A DNA stretch of 20,000 bases, from positions 55,866-75,865 of the forward strand of contig CAYTYR010000012.1 in the NCBI GenBank assembly GCA_964441745.1, read 5' to 3'. Origin of the DNA: an uncultured Clostridia bacterium. Lineage in GTDB: Bacteria > CAYTYR01 > UBA6262. The notes under the pieces are model-generated. The model was not told where the DNA came from and made no database searches. It worked only from the letters and a program-made list of their open reading frames with translations. Positions 7,101-19,100 of the stretch are shown in pieces. Both the position numbers and the translations under genes were made by a program. How positions within the stretch are numbered: position 1 is the stretch's first letter; every line of letters starts with the position of its first letter.

Positions 7101-10100
7101 CTTGGGTGGAGTAAAATATGTTTTATTACTGGTGAAATTCTCCAGCATAATATAATCAGGATTAGGCACAGCTTTAAATTTGATCTCAGTTTTAATGGAA
7201 TCAACAAAGATATCAGTATTGGCGGATAAACTGCTTTCGTTGCCAGCTGTGTCATAAGCTTTGGCAGCATAAAAATATTTGCCGTCAACGCCAGGAACAT
7301 CCACTATGAATTTAGCATTTTCTGCCACATCATTAGATTGCGCTCCAATATTATTGGCTCTCGGATCCAGCGCAGTCATACCAGTAGTATTCAGGACTGG
7401 AGTTAAAGCTCTATAAACTTTATAAGAGCATCCGGTCTCTTGTTCCTCCCAATACACTTCCACTACTCCCAGTTTTAAGACCTTGGAACCTATGTTTTGC
7501 GGTGATGGCGGCGGAACCGTATCAACCACAAATTTGCCGCCCGTAGAAGCGTATGTAGCAGTAATTCTTTCGCCCAGGTAATGCTCCATATAACCGTCAG
7601 AGTATTCAGAGCTATGGTCATATTCATACCGCACGCCTTCTATTTCTGTAGATTCCACCCGTTGACGGTCAATCCCATGGAAATAGAAACTGCCTTCTCC
7701 ATTGGCGCTATTTTCCTGTATCGTGATCTTTCCTTCCCAGGTATCACCGAAGCCGCTCATTTTGACCGGAATTACCAGCTGGTCATTAAGTTCATAGGAT
7801 AATTCAGGTATATCGGAAAGAGGCCTGGAAGTTTTCAATAATATCCGGTAGTCTCCTGCTTTCAAAGCTTTGGTAACCAGTTTATTTTCCTCAAGATTTG
7901 GCACTTGCTTGTAAATTTCAGGAATTATAATAGTGGCAATTGCCCTGGTAGTATTGATAGTAAAAGTATGGCCATAAGCGATCTTATCGGAAGTATTATT
8001 GTTTTCATCCGTGCCCAGGTAGGAAAATTCCGCTAAACCATCACCAGTATCCTTGGTAATAGTCATTTTCCCCTGCCACAGACAGCCTGAGCCAGTTAAT
8101 AACACTTCGATCGGCTCTTTACTTAGCGGTGTATATTTCAATAGCGGAGCAGTTGACAGCGGTTTGGAGGTTTCCAGGTCCACCACCACTTCTCCTTCAC
8201 CAACGATGGAAGTATTCATAATTCCCGAGTATTGGTCATGCAAAGAAATTGTCGCTACAGGTATATTATGGATAGACTGTGCGGAAACACAACTGCTTAA
8301 ACCGCTTTGGTTAGTGGCCCGGTCTATTCCAACAAGCGCATAATAATACGTACCGTCTTTAGGCGGTATATCCACATATTCATATATTGGTAATATTGCC
8401 GGAGCATCCATTTTATAGATCATCACTGCCTGGTCAACAGTAGTGAAAATCTGCTCCGAACGATAAATCTCGTAATAATGGGTTATTTCACCGGTAGGCG
8501 GTTTCCAGGTTATCTTGATCGCGCCAGAAGTGTTTTCGTTATAAGCAACAGCCTCTAATGGCAGAGGGGTTGCCGGCGCTACTGTATCCACAACAAAATA
8601 ATCAGTGAAATTGCCATTTGGCTCAATGATGGTGCTGGCCAATCCATCGGCGTCTACGCCAACCCACTTAAAAGTTGCCACACCATCTCCAAAATTAGTA
8701 TCCACATTAAACTCTCCATACCAGCTTTGCCCATTATTCTTCAGGTCAACCGGTAGAGGAGCTTTGTCTAGCGGATTAACTGTTAACTGAGGCGGATTGT
8801 TCGGATCCAAAGGTTCATTTACATCAAGTTTTACATTATATATACCACTTTTTAAGATATAGGTACCATCCACGCCATAAGCAATATTTCCGGCCAGGGA
8901 TAGCTTGGCTTTGACCGGATAATTAATGTACTTATATTCAAAAACAACCTTATTGGAATAAGCGCTCTCGTTGCCATATTTATCCACTGCGGTTACCGTG
9001 AAGCTGTAGAGCCCGTTCTCCTGGGGACAACCGTAAATTTCTGTCCAAATAATACCAGAATTGAAAGATTGCATATTGCCGCTAATATCACCTTTAGCGC
9101 TGATTTGGACATTATAATAGAATGGTGTTTCGCCTTCCGGCTTTTCCCAGGTCAGATGTAAAACACCGGTAGGTAAAGTTGAAACGCTAAGATTGACCGG
9201 CGGCAAAGGCACCGTCCTGACTGTCTGTAGCGGACTTTCTAAACAAGTAACGGCGCTCTTATTTCCAGCTTTATCTACAGCTGCGATAGCATAATAATAT
9301 TCAGCATCAGTCGGGGGAACATCCCAGGTAGGATATGGCAATGGGCTAAGGCCGTTTACATTGTCGACCTTCTCCCTGGTCCGATACACCTGGTAATAAT
9401 CTCCCGCTTGCGCTGTCGGCGCTTCCCAGCCAAATTCTATGCCATGCAGGCCTCCGCTATAGTCTGTGGCTTGAGCTACAAAATTAATGGGCGCTTCTGG
9501 CGGAACCGTATCAATCTTGAACACTTTCCCGGTATTTATTTTCTCTTCTATATTGCCAGCCTGATCAGTACCCCGGTAATTGAATATTGCCAATCCATCA
9601 CCAGTCAAAGTAGAAATATTAACATAGCCGACCCATTGATTGCCTGACCCGGTCAGGGGTATCATTATTTTATCATTACCAGAAGGGATGAAATCAAGAT
9701 ACGGAATGTCTTTCAAGTCTTCTGAAGTGGTAAGCGTAACTTTTGTCTTGCCCGCGCCAGCGGCTGTATTAGGTTGAGTCAAATCCAGTTTAATATTTGC
9801 TACCGGTCCAACTGTATCAATGATGAAGGTTTGTCCTTTACTGATTGCAGTACCAGTCAAACCGCTCTTGCCTTTCCCTGAAAAAGCAAAAGTTGCCACG
9901 CCTTCTTCAATGGCCACGGGTATATCCACCTGGCCGTGCCAATTACAGCCACTGCCAGTGAGGGAGATATTCTGGGCCGCTGTCTTCTCCGGAGTCAGGG
10001 CTAATACTGGCACTTCAGCCATTTCCTCCGAAGTGATCAAGGTAATATCCAGCAATCCGGCTCCAACCGGTGAGTTCCGCGAGATTATTATCTCTGCCTG

Positions 10101-13100
10101 CGGGAATGTTGACCAGAACTGCAAAGACTTGCCGGCTGTCATAATACTGGCATTGCCAACTTTATCCAGGCTAACTAACTGATATGTATATAAACCATTC
10201 AATACAGTGGTATCAATATATTCATTGCCATTAGTTTCGGTTAAGAATGCGCCATTGCGGAAGATCTGGTATTTTTCCGGCATTTCTCCCAGTGGGGACT
10301 GCCAATCTATTTTTATTCCCTCATTTACCTGCCAGAGAGATACCTCACGCGGACTGCCTGGCGCTACACGGTCACTACTGCCGGCAACACTTGCTGAAAG
10401 CTCACTCTCCTGGCCATCAGCATCAATAGAGGTTACGGCATAATAATAAAGACCATCACTGATAGGAAGATCCGTGAAGCTTAATACAGTCAAATTTTGC
10501 CGATAAAGATTCTCCGTCATCTTGACGGTCATTGGATACTGGGCCCGGTAAATGTTATAACCTTGGAGGTTGTAATCCTGCGGCGGAGTCCAACTCACCA
10601 CCATCGCCCCGCTTTTAGCGCTATTGACGAGGATATTAGACGGGGCAGCAGCAGGAAGGTTGTCGATCATGAACTTATCGCCAGCGGCAATTTCTGTCCC
10701 ATAATTATTCAATAGGTCCTTGCCAGCAAAGGAAAAATAGGCATAGCCGCTTTTCATGTCACTGGTTATATCCACCACGCCCTGCCAATTGCGGCCAGCG
10801 CCAGCCAAAGTAACTGGCAGCGGCAAACCGCCCATAGTAGTCAAGGTTAAGAGCGGGGTTTCTACCAGGTTTTCACTAGCAGTCAGGTTAACCGTTACTT
10901 TGCCTGTATGCACGGGTGAGAATGGGCTGATGGTTATTTGACAGGAAGGCCCGCCGCGGTCAATGATAAAAGTGCTCCCGGTAGCAATAACATGGCTCAC
11001 CAGTCCGTCAGTATCAGCGCCTTCATATTCAAAGGTTGCCACACCATCCAGCGCCTCTTTGCTTATTTCCAGACTGCCGACCCACTTATTGTTTTCCTGG
11101 TGCAAAGTGATCACTGGATTAACATAAAAATCACGCATCGTCGAATTATTAACACTGCCATAACTTCCAGCGGGGAAATGGCAGACCAGCTTGGGCGCCT
11201 GAGCCAGTTGTTTGTCGCAACTCAGGGTAATATTAATACCGGTACTGACCGGTGAAGGCGGATCAATGGCAATATTGGCCACTGGCAGGTATTGCACAAA
11301 ATCAATTTGCGGACAATTCGATAATAGGCTGGCATTACCAGCTTTATCTTTGGCAATGACTGCATAATAATAAGTATTGCTGGCGTTAGGGACATCCAGT
11401 GCACTAAGACAATAATATGTTCCCAACTTTTCATTGGATGAAACTGCAGTTATTAACGCAGCACTGCGATACACTTCATAACAAACAGCGCCATCAACCG
11501 CATTCCAGTCCAGCTTAACCGACTTTCCTTGCTGATCAGTCAGAGTTAATAGCGGCGAAACCGGCGCTGTACGGTCTGATATTCCTTTAATCCAGGCAGT
11601 AGGTTTGCTAATGTTATTGCAGGTATCTTCAGCAATTAGAGCATAATAGTATTCACCATCAGCAGGTGGCAAATCAGTCAAACTGTTGCTGCTGAATTTC
11701 GTCACTGGTACTAAACCATCCATAGTTTGCGCCGGTGCAATTTCGCGGTACAGGTAATAATTCTTGACTTTTTCCGTAGCATACCAGCTAAACTGCACAT
11801 ACCCGTTAGCGTTGCTGGCAGCGGCAAAATCATCGATAAACGGAGCTACTGTATCTATTACCACTTCATCTATATAATTAAGGTTTATATTTGTGATTAA
11901 TATATTACCAACGTTTTGCGCCAGGTCCTCACCTCTAAATTCAAAATCAGCAGTGCCATTGCAGGTCCCGGTAGCAATAGAGATCTGGCCGGTCCAATTT
12001 AAGCCGCTCCCATTAAGAGTTATGTCCTGTTCATCTCCATTGGCAAAGACCAGTTTCAAACTTGGTTTAGCCATCAGCAATTCGCTAACAGTTAAAGTAA
12101 CCTGGGTTTCACCCACTCCGATACTTGATTTACCAATGCTCAGTTGAGCAGTTGGGCATTCTATATCGACTTCGCTATTCACTTCGTTAGAAGCTTCACT
12201 TTCATTTTGCGCCAGGTCAATACCCGTGACTTTATAGTAATATTTTCCTGATTTGACCAGGGTATCCACAGTAGCCAGACCGGCCACCCCTACCCAGGCC
12301 GGAGCAGTATTAGCAATTAAGAAACCAGGTATGTCACTGCGATAAATATTATAGGCTACCGGAATTTCGCCACTGGCTGGTAGGTCCCAGCTCAGATAAA
12401 CTTTTTTATCCGCGCCAATAACCGCTTTCAGGTTTTGCGGCGCACTGGGGATCGAACTGTCACTGGTGACTGAAGCTTTCCTGAAGTCAGCGCCAAGATT
12501 ACCGGCTTTATCCTTTGCAATTATGAAATAGAAATAATCGCCGTCCGGCACTGATGGGTCTATCCAGTTCAATCCGGAAACAACTGGGCTGACCGGAGCT
12601 AAACCAACCAGGGTCACCACATCAGCAGTACTGCGATAGATTTGATAAACAGCATCTTGTTCGCCTGATGGTGGCAGCCAGGACAACTTTACTTGCCCTG
12701 CTGGTTGGGGATCAGCTTTGAAATAAGCGCAAGCTCCAGGCAAAATATTATCTATGACGAAAGTTTGACCAGTCGATATTTCATTCCCGCTATTATTAGT
12801 TTTGTCCGTAGCCTGGAAGATAAAATTAGCCGGTCCATTGTAATTACTTGGTATATCTATATTCCCTTCCCAATGATCAGTGGCAGTACTCAAGTTTACT
12901 TCTACTGGTTCATTTAAGCCCCACTGGCATTTCAGCGAAGGAGTGCCTTCAATCGGCTCTGAAACATACAATTTCAATGGCATAACTCCGGATTTCACAG
13001 GAGAAGGAGTTGCCAGCTGAATGGTCGCTATCGGACCATGGGTATCCCGGAAAATATCAGCGCTGGCAAACTGGCTGTTTTCGTTATTGCTTATATCTAC

Positions 13101-16100
13101 ACTGGTAACCGCATAATACACCTGTCCGTCGAAATTCGGAATATCCTGGTATTCGTTAACTGTGACATTCTTGGCTAATACTGATACATTATTGATATTG
13201 GTAATCTGATTATTGGAACGGTAAATGTTATAAGTGACATCTGGTTCACTGGTCACTGTGTCCCAGCTAAGCTTGATAGCTTCACTGGTAGCAGTCAAGA
13301 TCAGGTTCTGTACCGGCTCAGGTGGCGTATTATCAGTCAGGGTAGAGACTAAATTTGAGACCAAAGATTCGTTACCCGCCTGGTCTTCACTGCAGACATG
13401 GTAATAATATCTTTGTTCAATGGTGGGCTGGTCCATGAAACTCAGGCCGGTGATGCTGGTGATCCGGGTCATATCATTCTTACCTGTTGGGGTAAAGGTT
13501 GAGCGATAAATATTAAACACATTAGCTGCCTCGCCCACTGGATTTCCCCAGAAAAGCTCAACCTGGCCATTCATGCCGGGAGTGGCTGTTAATCCAGTTA
13601 AAGCCGGCGGCGGAACCGTATCAATGACAAAACAAGAACCCGCGGTAATGATGGTTCCGATATTGTCTTTTATATCTGTCCCTTCAAAGGTGAAAACTGC
13701 CGGGCCATTCTTTGTACTGCTGGTGATAGTGACTTGGCCATGCCAGCTTTTACCGTTGCCATTTAAGCTGACTTCCTGCGGATTATCCCCTAAGGGCGTG
13801 CAAATCAATTTCGGCGCTGAAACCAGATTTTCACTGGCATTCAACTGGACTTGTAATAATCCGGCTTTGACGGGTGAAGTCGGAGAAATAGTTATGGACG
13901 CAGAGGGTGGAGTAAAATCCCACAGGATCGATTGGCTAGCCGAAATATCGCTTTCATTGCCGATACTGTCTTTAGCTGTGACCACATAATAATACATATT
14001 ATCTGCAGAAACTTTATCGTTATAGGCCGTTTGAATATTATTTTCTTTGATCAAATAGGCAGGATTGACGCCAGAGATTACAGCAGTTGACCGATATATA
14101 TTATAGGCTGACGGAATTTTACCAGCTCCTATATTCCAGCTTAGTTCTATCTCGCGATCAGCATTAATCATTACTAATAAATCCTGGGGCGCTCCTGGAG
14201 CCACCCGGTCGCTTAATACCGGCCCCATAGTATTTATTGCGCTCTCGTTGCCAGCCAGGTCAATAGCGCTGACTGCATAGTAATATTCTCCATCCACTGC
14301 AGGCGAATCAGTAAATAACAGCGCATTGAGATCTGTTTCTATTAAAAGTTCAGGATCAAGCTCTGCTATCGCTTGGGTACTGCGATAGATATTATACCCT
14401 TTAACCGGCTCGTGATCAGGCGCCTGCCAATAAAGCTGTATCGTACCTTGGCCTTGGGAAATTCCTTGTAACTGATTTGGCGGATTACTGGCTTGAGTAT
14501 CAATTATTATTTCCTTATTAACCGCTATCTTAGTACCGGCATTTCCCAATATATCAACACCTGAATATTGGAAAGAAGCCAAGCCATTAACAGTATTAGT
14601 AGAAATATCCAGGTTTGTCTTCCAAGTAGCACCGTCTTTGACCAGAGGCAAGTTAATAGTAGTGGAATCAGCTAAGATCAGATCTAATTGTGGTATATCC
14701 TGGACAGCTTCATTCAGCGCTAAAGTGATATTCACAGGTCCGGCCCTGACTGGTGAAGCTGGCGACAACGTGATCTGGGCTACTGGCCCCAGGGTATCAA
14801 TAATGAAGGTACTACCAGAGGTAATGCTGTGAGAGGTATTACCCAGGGCATCAACAGCTTCAAATTCAAAATGCGCAGTTCCGTTAGCAGCAGATGTGCT
14901 GATACTGACAGTCCCGGCCCAGTTCAGTTCACTGCCGCTTAAGGTTATTTCCTTGGTTAGATTGGCTGAATCAACCCATTTCAATATCGGTGTTGCTGGC
15001 GGCAATTCATTAAGAGTAAGATTGACCTGGACATCCCCATCTTTATACGGCGGTGTTCCGCTTAACACAATACTTGCGCTCGGCCCGGCATTATCAGGTA
15101 TCGCCCAATCTATATTAGAGATTACGCTCTCATTACCGATATTGTCGATGGCCGTAACTGCATAATAATATTTGGTATTAGCATAGAGTTGGTCCACATA
15201 ACCTAAAAATACGACATTAGTGGCTATGGGCGTAAGCGCGGCAGTATCGATATTTTCTACTATCGAACGGTATACTTTATAAGATGCCGGAGCATCCCCT
15301 GTGGGCGCATCCCAGGTCAAGACTATTTTCCCGGCAACCTGCGCACTGGCATGCAGATTTTGTGGCGGTTCTATCGAGCCGTCATCAGCTATACCTATGA
15401 CACAATTGGAAATATCGCTTTCATTACCGGCATAATCAATAGCTGTAGCAACATAATAATAACTACCTTTGACTCCGGGATTATCTATCACGCTGGTAGA
15501 GCTAATATTAACCAGCGCCGGAGTTGAACTGGCAACAGCATAGATGGTTTCAGTCGAACGATAAATCTTATAACTGGCAACATCTTCCTGAGTTGGTTTA
15601 TTCCAAGAGAGCTGTATTTTGTTGGCCGCTAATGTGTTAGTCGCAAGATTATCTGGTGGATTAGATTTACCCCGGTCAGCAACGATCGCAGGGACATAGG
15701 CAATCCCACTTTCATTTCCCAAAGCATCCAAAGCTGTAACTGTATAACAATAATAGCCATCTTTTAGAGGCACATCAATGATCTCGGTTGCGGTGGTCTG
15801 GGCGACTTCAATATATCCGGTTGGAATTATATAATTATCACGATAAACTTTATACAGGACAGCATCGGTTACGGCTGACCACGCTATTCTAATATTTGCC
15901 TGTGGTTCAGCAGTCAGCGTGAAGCTAAAATAATCCGGTGGTTTTCTGTCACTTACTGCGGACAGAGCGTTTATAACTTGGCTTTCATTGCCAGCTATAT
16001 CTTTAGAGGTAATACCGTAATAGTAAGCGCCATCTACTGGCGGCAAATCTGAACATGACAGCAAACCGCTATTAGTGGAAACAAACAAAGCAGGATCCGG

Positions 16101-19100
16101 TTGCGTAAAAGAGTAGGTAGAGCGATAGATATTGTATCCGGCAATATCCGGATCTGTCGCCGACTGCCAAGCCAGGTCAATATATCCACCCTTCTTGCTG
16201 GAGGCATTGCCGCCAGCCACTGCGGCTGGAGCAGTAAAATCTACACTGCAATTCTGGTATATTAAATAAGAGGCATTATCCACCTCATCTACAGCCGCTA
16301 ACCTGATGTCTATTAAAGCATTTTCTGCAATATTATCAATATCCCATAGGATGCTGTAATCCGCATCGCGTGAATCTGCATCCGCACCGATCAAGATCCA
16401 GTTGTTTTCCCCGGACAGAGAATATTCTGCCTGGAGCTTGACTAAAGTTGTATCAGCAGCATAGGCATAGTCTTTACCAGCAGCGGCATGAATCAAAAGA
16501 ACATTGTTTTTCTGGAATACGAAATTATCTTTGAGCTCAAGATTATTATTGATTAATCCGTTTTTCGCGCTAACTGGGGCCATAGGCGAGTTCAAGTCAT
16601 AACTGAATCCGGATATTCCCTGGGTGACTATAGTAGTTTCATCGGTTTTCGTTATCACTAATCGTACATATTTAAATGTTTCATCTTGAGGCGACCAATT
16701 TACGCTGTAATACTCATTTTCAAGAATAAAATCAGAACTATTCTCAGCAGTACCTTCCAGCGGTATCCAAATCCCATCCCAACCGTCACTCGAATCACTC
16801 GACTTTTCAAACCTGACACTTTTCACGTTGGCATCTGTGCAATAAGCTTTGGCCGGATAATTCTTGCCAACTTTGCTGTTTTTAACCGGCGCTGTCAGCA
16901 TTACATTGCCTGTTGCTGAAAAGTCCAGGGTATAACCAGTCAATATATCGCTGTAAGTATTATTATTAGCTGAATCGACTACTCTTAAACGCAAATAAAT
17001 TTCATTCGGCAAAGGATACCAACTGCAAACATAATCTTTTGTGCCAGTACCGGCAACCCGGCCAATTTCCTGCCAGCTAACCCCATCAATTGACTTTTCA
17101 AAAGACACATAAGTTAGGTCTGTATCACCTTCCGCGGTTATGACAAATTCTCCGCTGGAGATCACACTGGCCGCAGTCGGGGACATTATTACAGGTTTCA
17201 GCGGCGGGATAGTATCAACCTTAAATTGATTTTTCGAATCCGGGAACATTGGTATATTATTGACTCCGTCCCGGGCACCGGAAACGCCAATAAAAGCATC
17301 GCCATTATCACTACTGGTTTCAATATTTACTTCGCCTGTCCAAACAGTATTAATATAGCTTTTCTGTATTAAAGGATATTTAGTTGATTTTCCCATTACT
17401 TGATAATATACATTAGGGTTGACCGCAGTATTCATGGGCCGGTCAAAAACTATACTTGCAGTTAACGCTCCTACGTTCATTGGTGATTGTTTGCTCAAGG
17501 TTACCGAGGTAACCTTGGGAGTAAACTCATATTGGGATTTAAATTTTTGAATCCTGTGGGTGGAATATTCCGTAGTATAAAGTATATTATTATCAATGAA
17601 CATGCCAAAAACTCCATAGCCAGTACCACCAAATTGCCCTGGCCCGCTTCCTCTCGTTCCCAAACTACAAACCAATATTCCTTCTGGCGTATAAACATCG
17701 ACACTATAATTATAATAATTGCTTACATAAACATACCCGTTATTGTCTATTTTAATGCTGGTAGCATAATTGAACGGCCCAAAACTAAATAAATATTTAT
17801 TGTCCTGGTTAAGGTCGAAAACAGCCACATTGTTATAACATGCTACATAGGCTTTATTATCATTACTAATAGCAATATCATAAGGGTAAGTTGCATAACC
17901 ATTGCCAAACTCACCGAGATGATTTCCGTTTAAGTCGAAAATCGCGACCTGGCTATTACTATGGCTAGTCACATAGACTTTATCATTCTTTATTAGAAGC
18001 CCTTCAGGGTTTATTAAGATCGAAGTACCAAACTTACGCAAGAAAATACCATCTTGATTATATACACATACTTCACTACTGTTATAATTTCCTACATAGA
18101 TATTACCCAAGGCGTCTTTAGTAATACCGACCGGATGGTTTAGTTCAGATTGGCCAATATAACATACAAAATTACCGGTCTGGTCCATCTCCACTACACG
18201 ATTATTTGCTCCTTCAACTACATAGAGATGGCTATTATTACCTAAGCAAATACCATAAAGTGTATTTAGCTGCCCATATTGGGATCCAGTATAACTGTCA
18301 AATTCTTCCAGATACTGCAATTTACCCTTGGAAAAGGTTATAAGTTCCTTTGCTTCGACTCCGTACGTATCCTTGACCGTTAGCTTTAACTGGTAGATAC
18401 CTTCTTCGGTTTCCGGTAAGGTCAGGGTTCCCAGTAAACCATTCTCTACTGGTATCGTATATGTCCCAATCTCCTGCCACGTTCCATATCGCGCGTATTC
18501 CAGCTTGTAACTCGCAAAATCAACTCCCGCCGCGGTACCGGTAATATTAACTATATCTGAGACTACATTATAATCACTGGGTGAAGTGATAGCAGCAACC
18601 GGACTGGTCACAGATAACTTGTATTTCTGGATATTGCCACCTGAATAGTCTATGGCATAAAAACAATCAGACAGAATACAGGTCCTGTACAAGTAGCTGA
18701 AGGTCCCAGGTACTGTATTAGGAGAATTTATCCCAATCTTGTATAGTAAGACCCCATCTGTGGTGTAGACCTTAATATGATACATATTGTTTATATACAA
18801 AAGACCATCAGGCCCTTTCTCAATACCTATGAAACCATAATTAGGATCATCACTGGTGAAAGACCCAAGATATTTGCCCTGGTTGGAAATGTCAAACATA
18901 GATACAGTAATACTCCAATTAACAGTATAGGCTATATTCCCCACAATCGCGATGCCGGTCTGCGCCTTGCCTTGCGCAAAGGTATAGACATAATTCCGGT
19001 CCTTATCAAAGACCATCACATTTAAATCAAGCGAATTAGTCACATAGATATTACCCTGGCTATCTAATTCGATGCCATATGGACTGGTCAGTTGTCCAGT

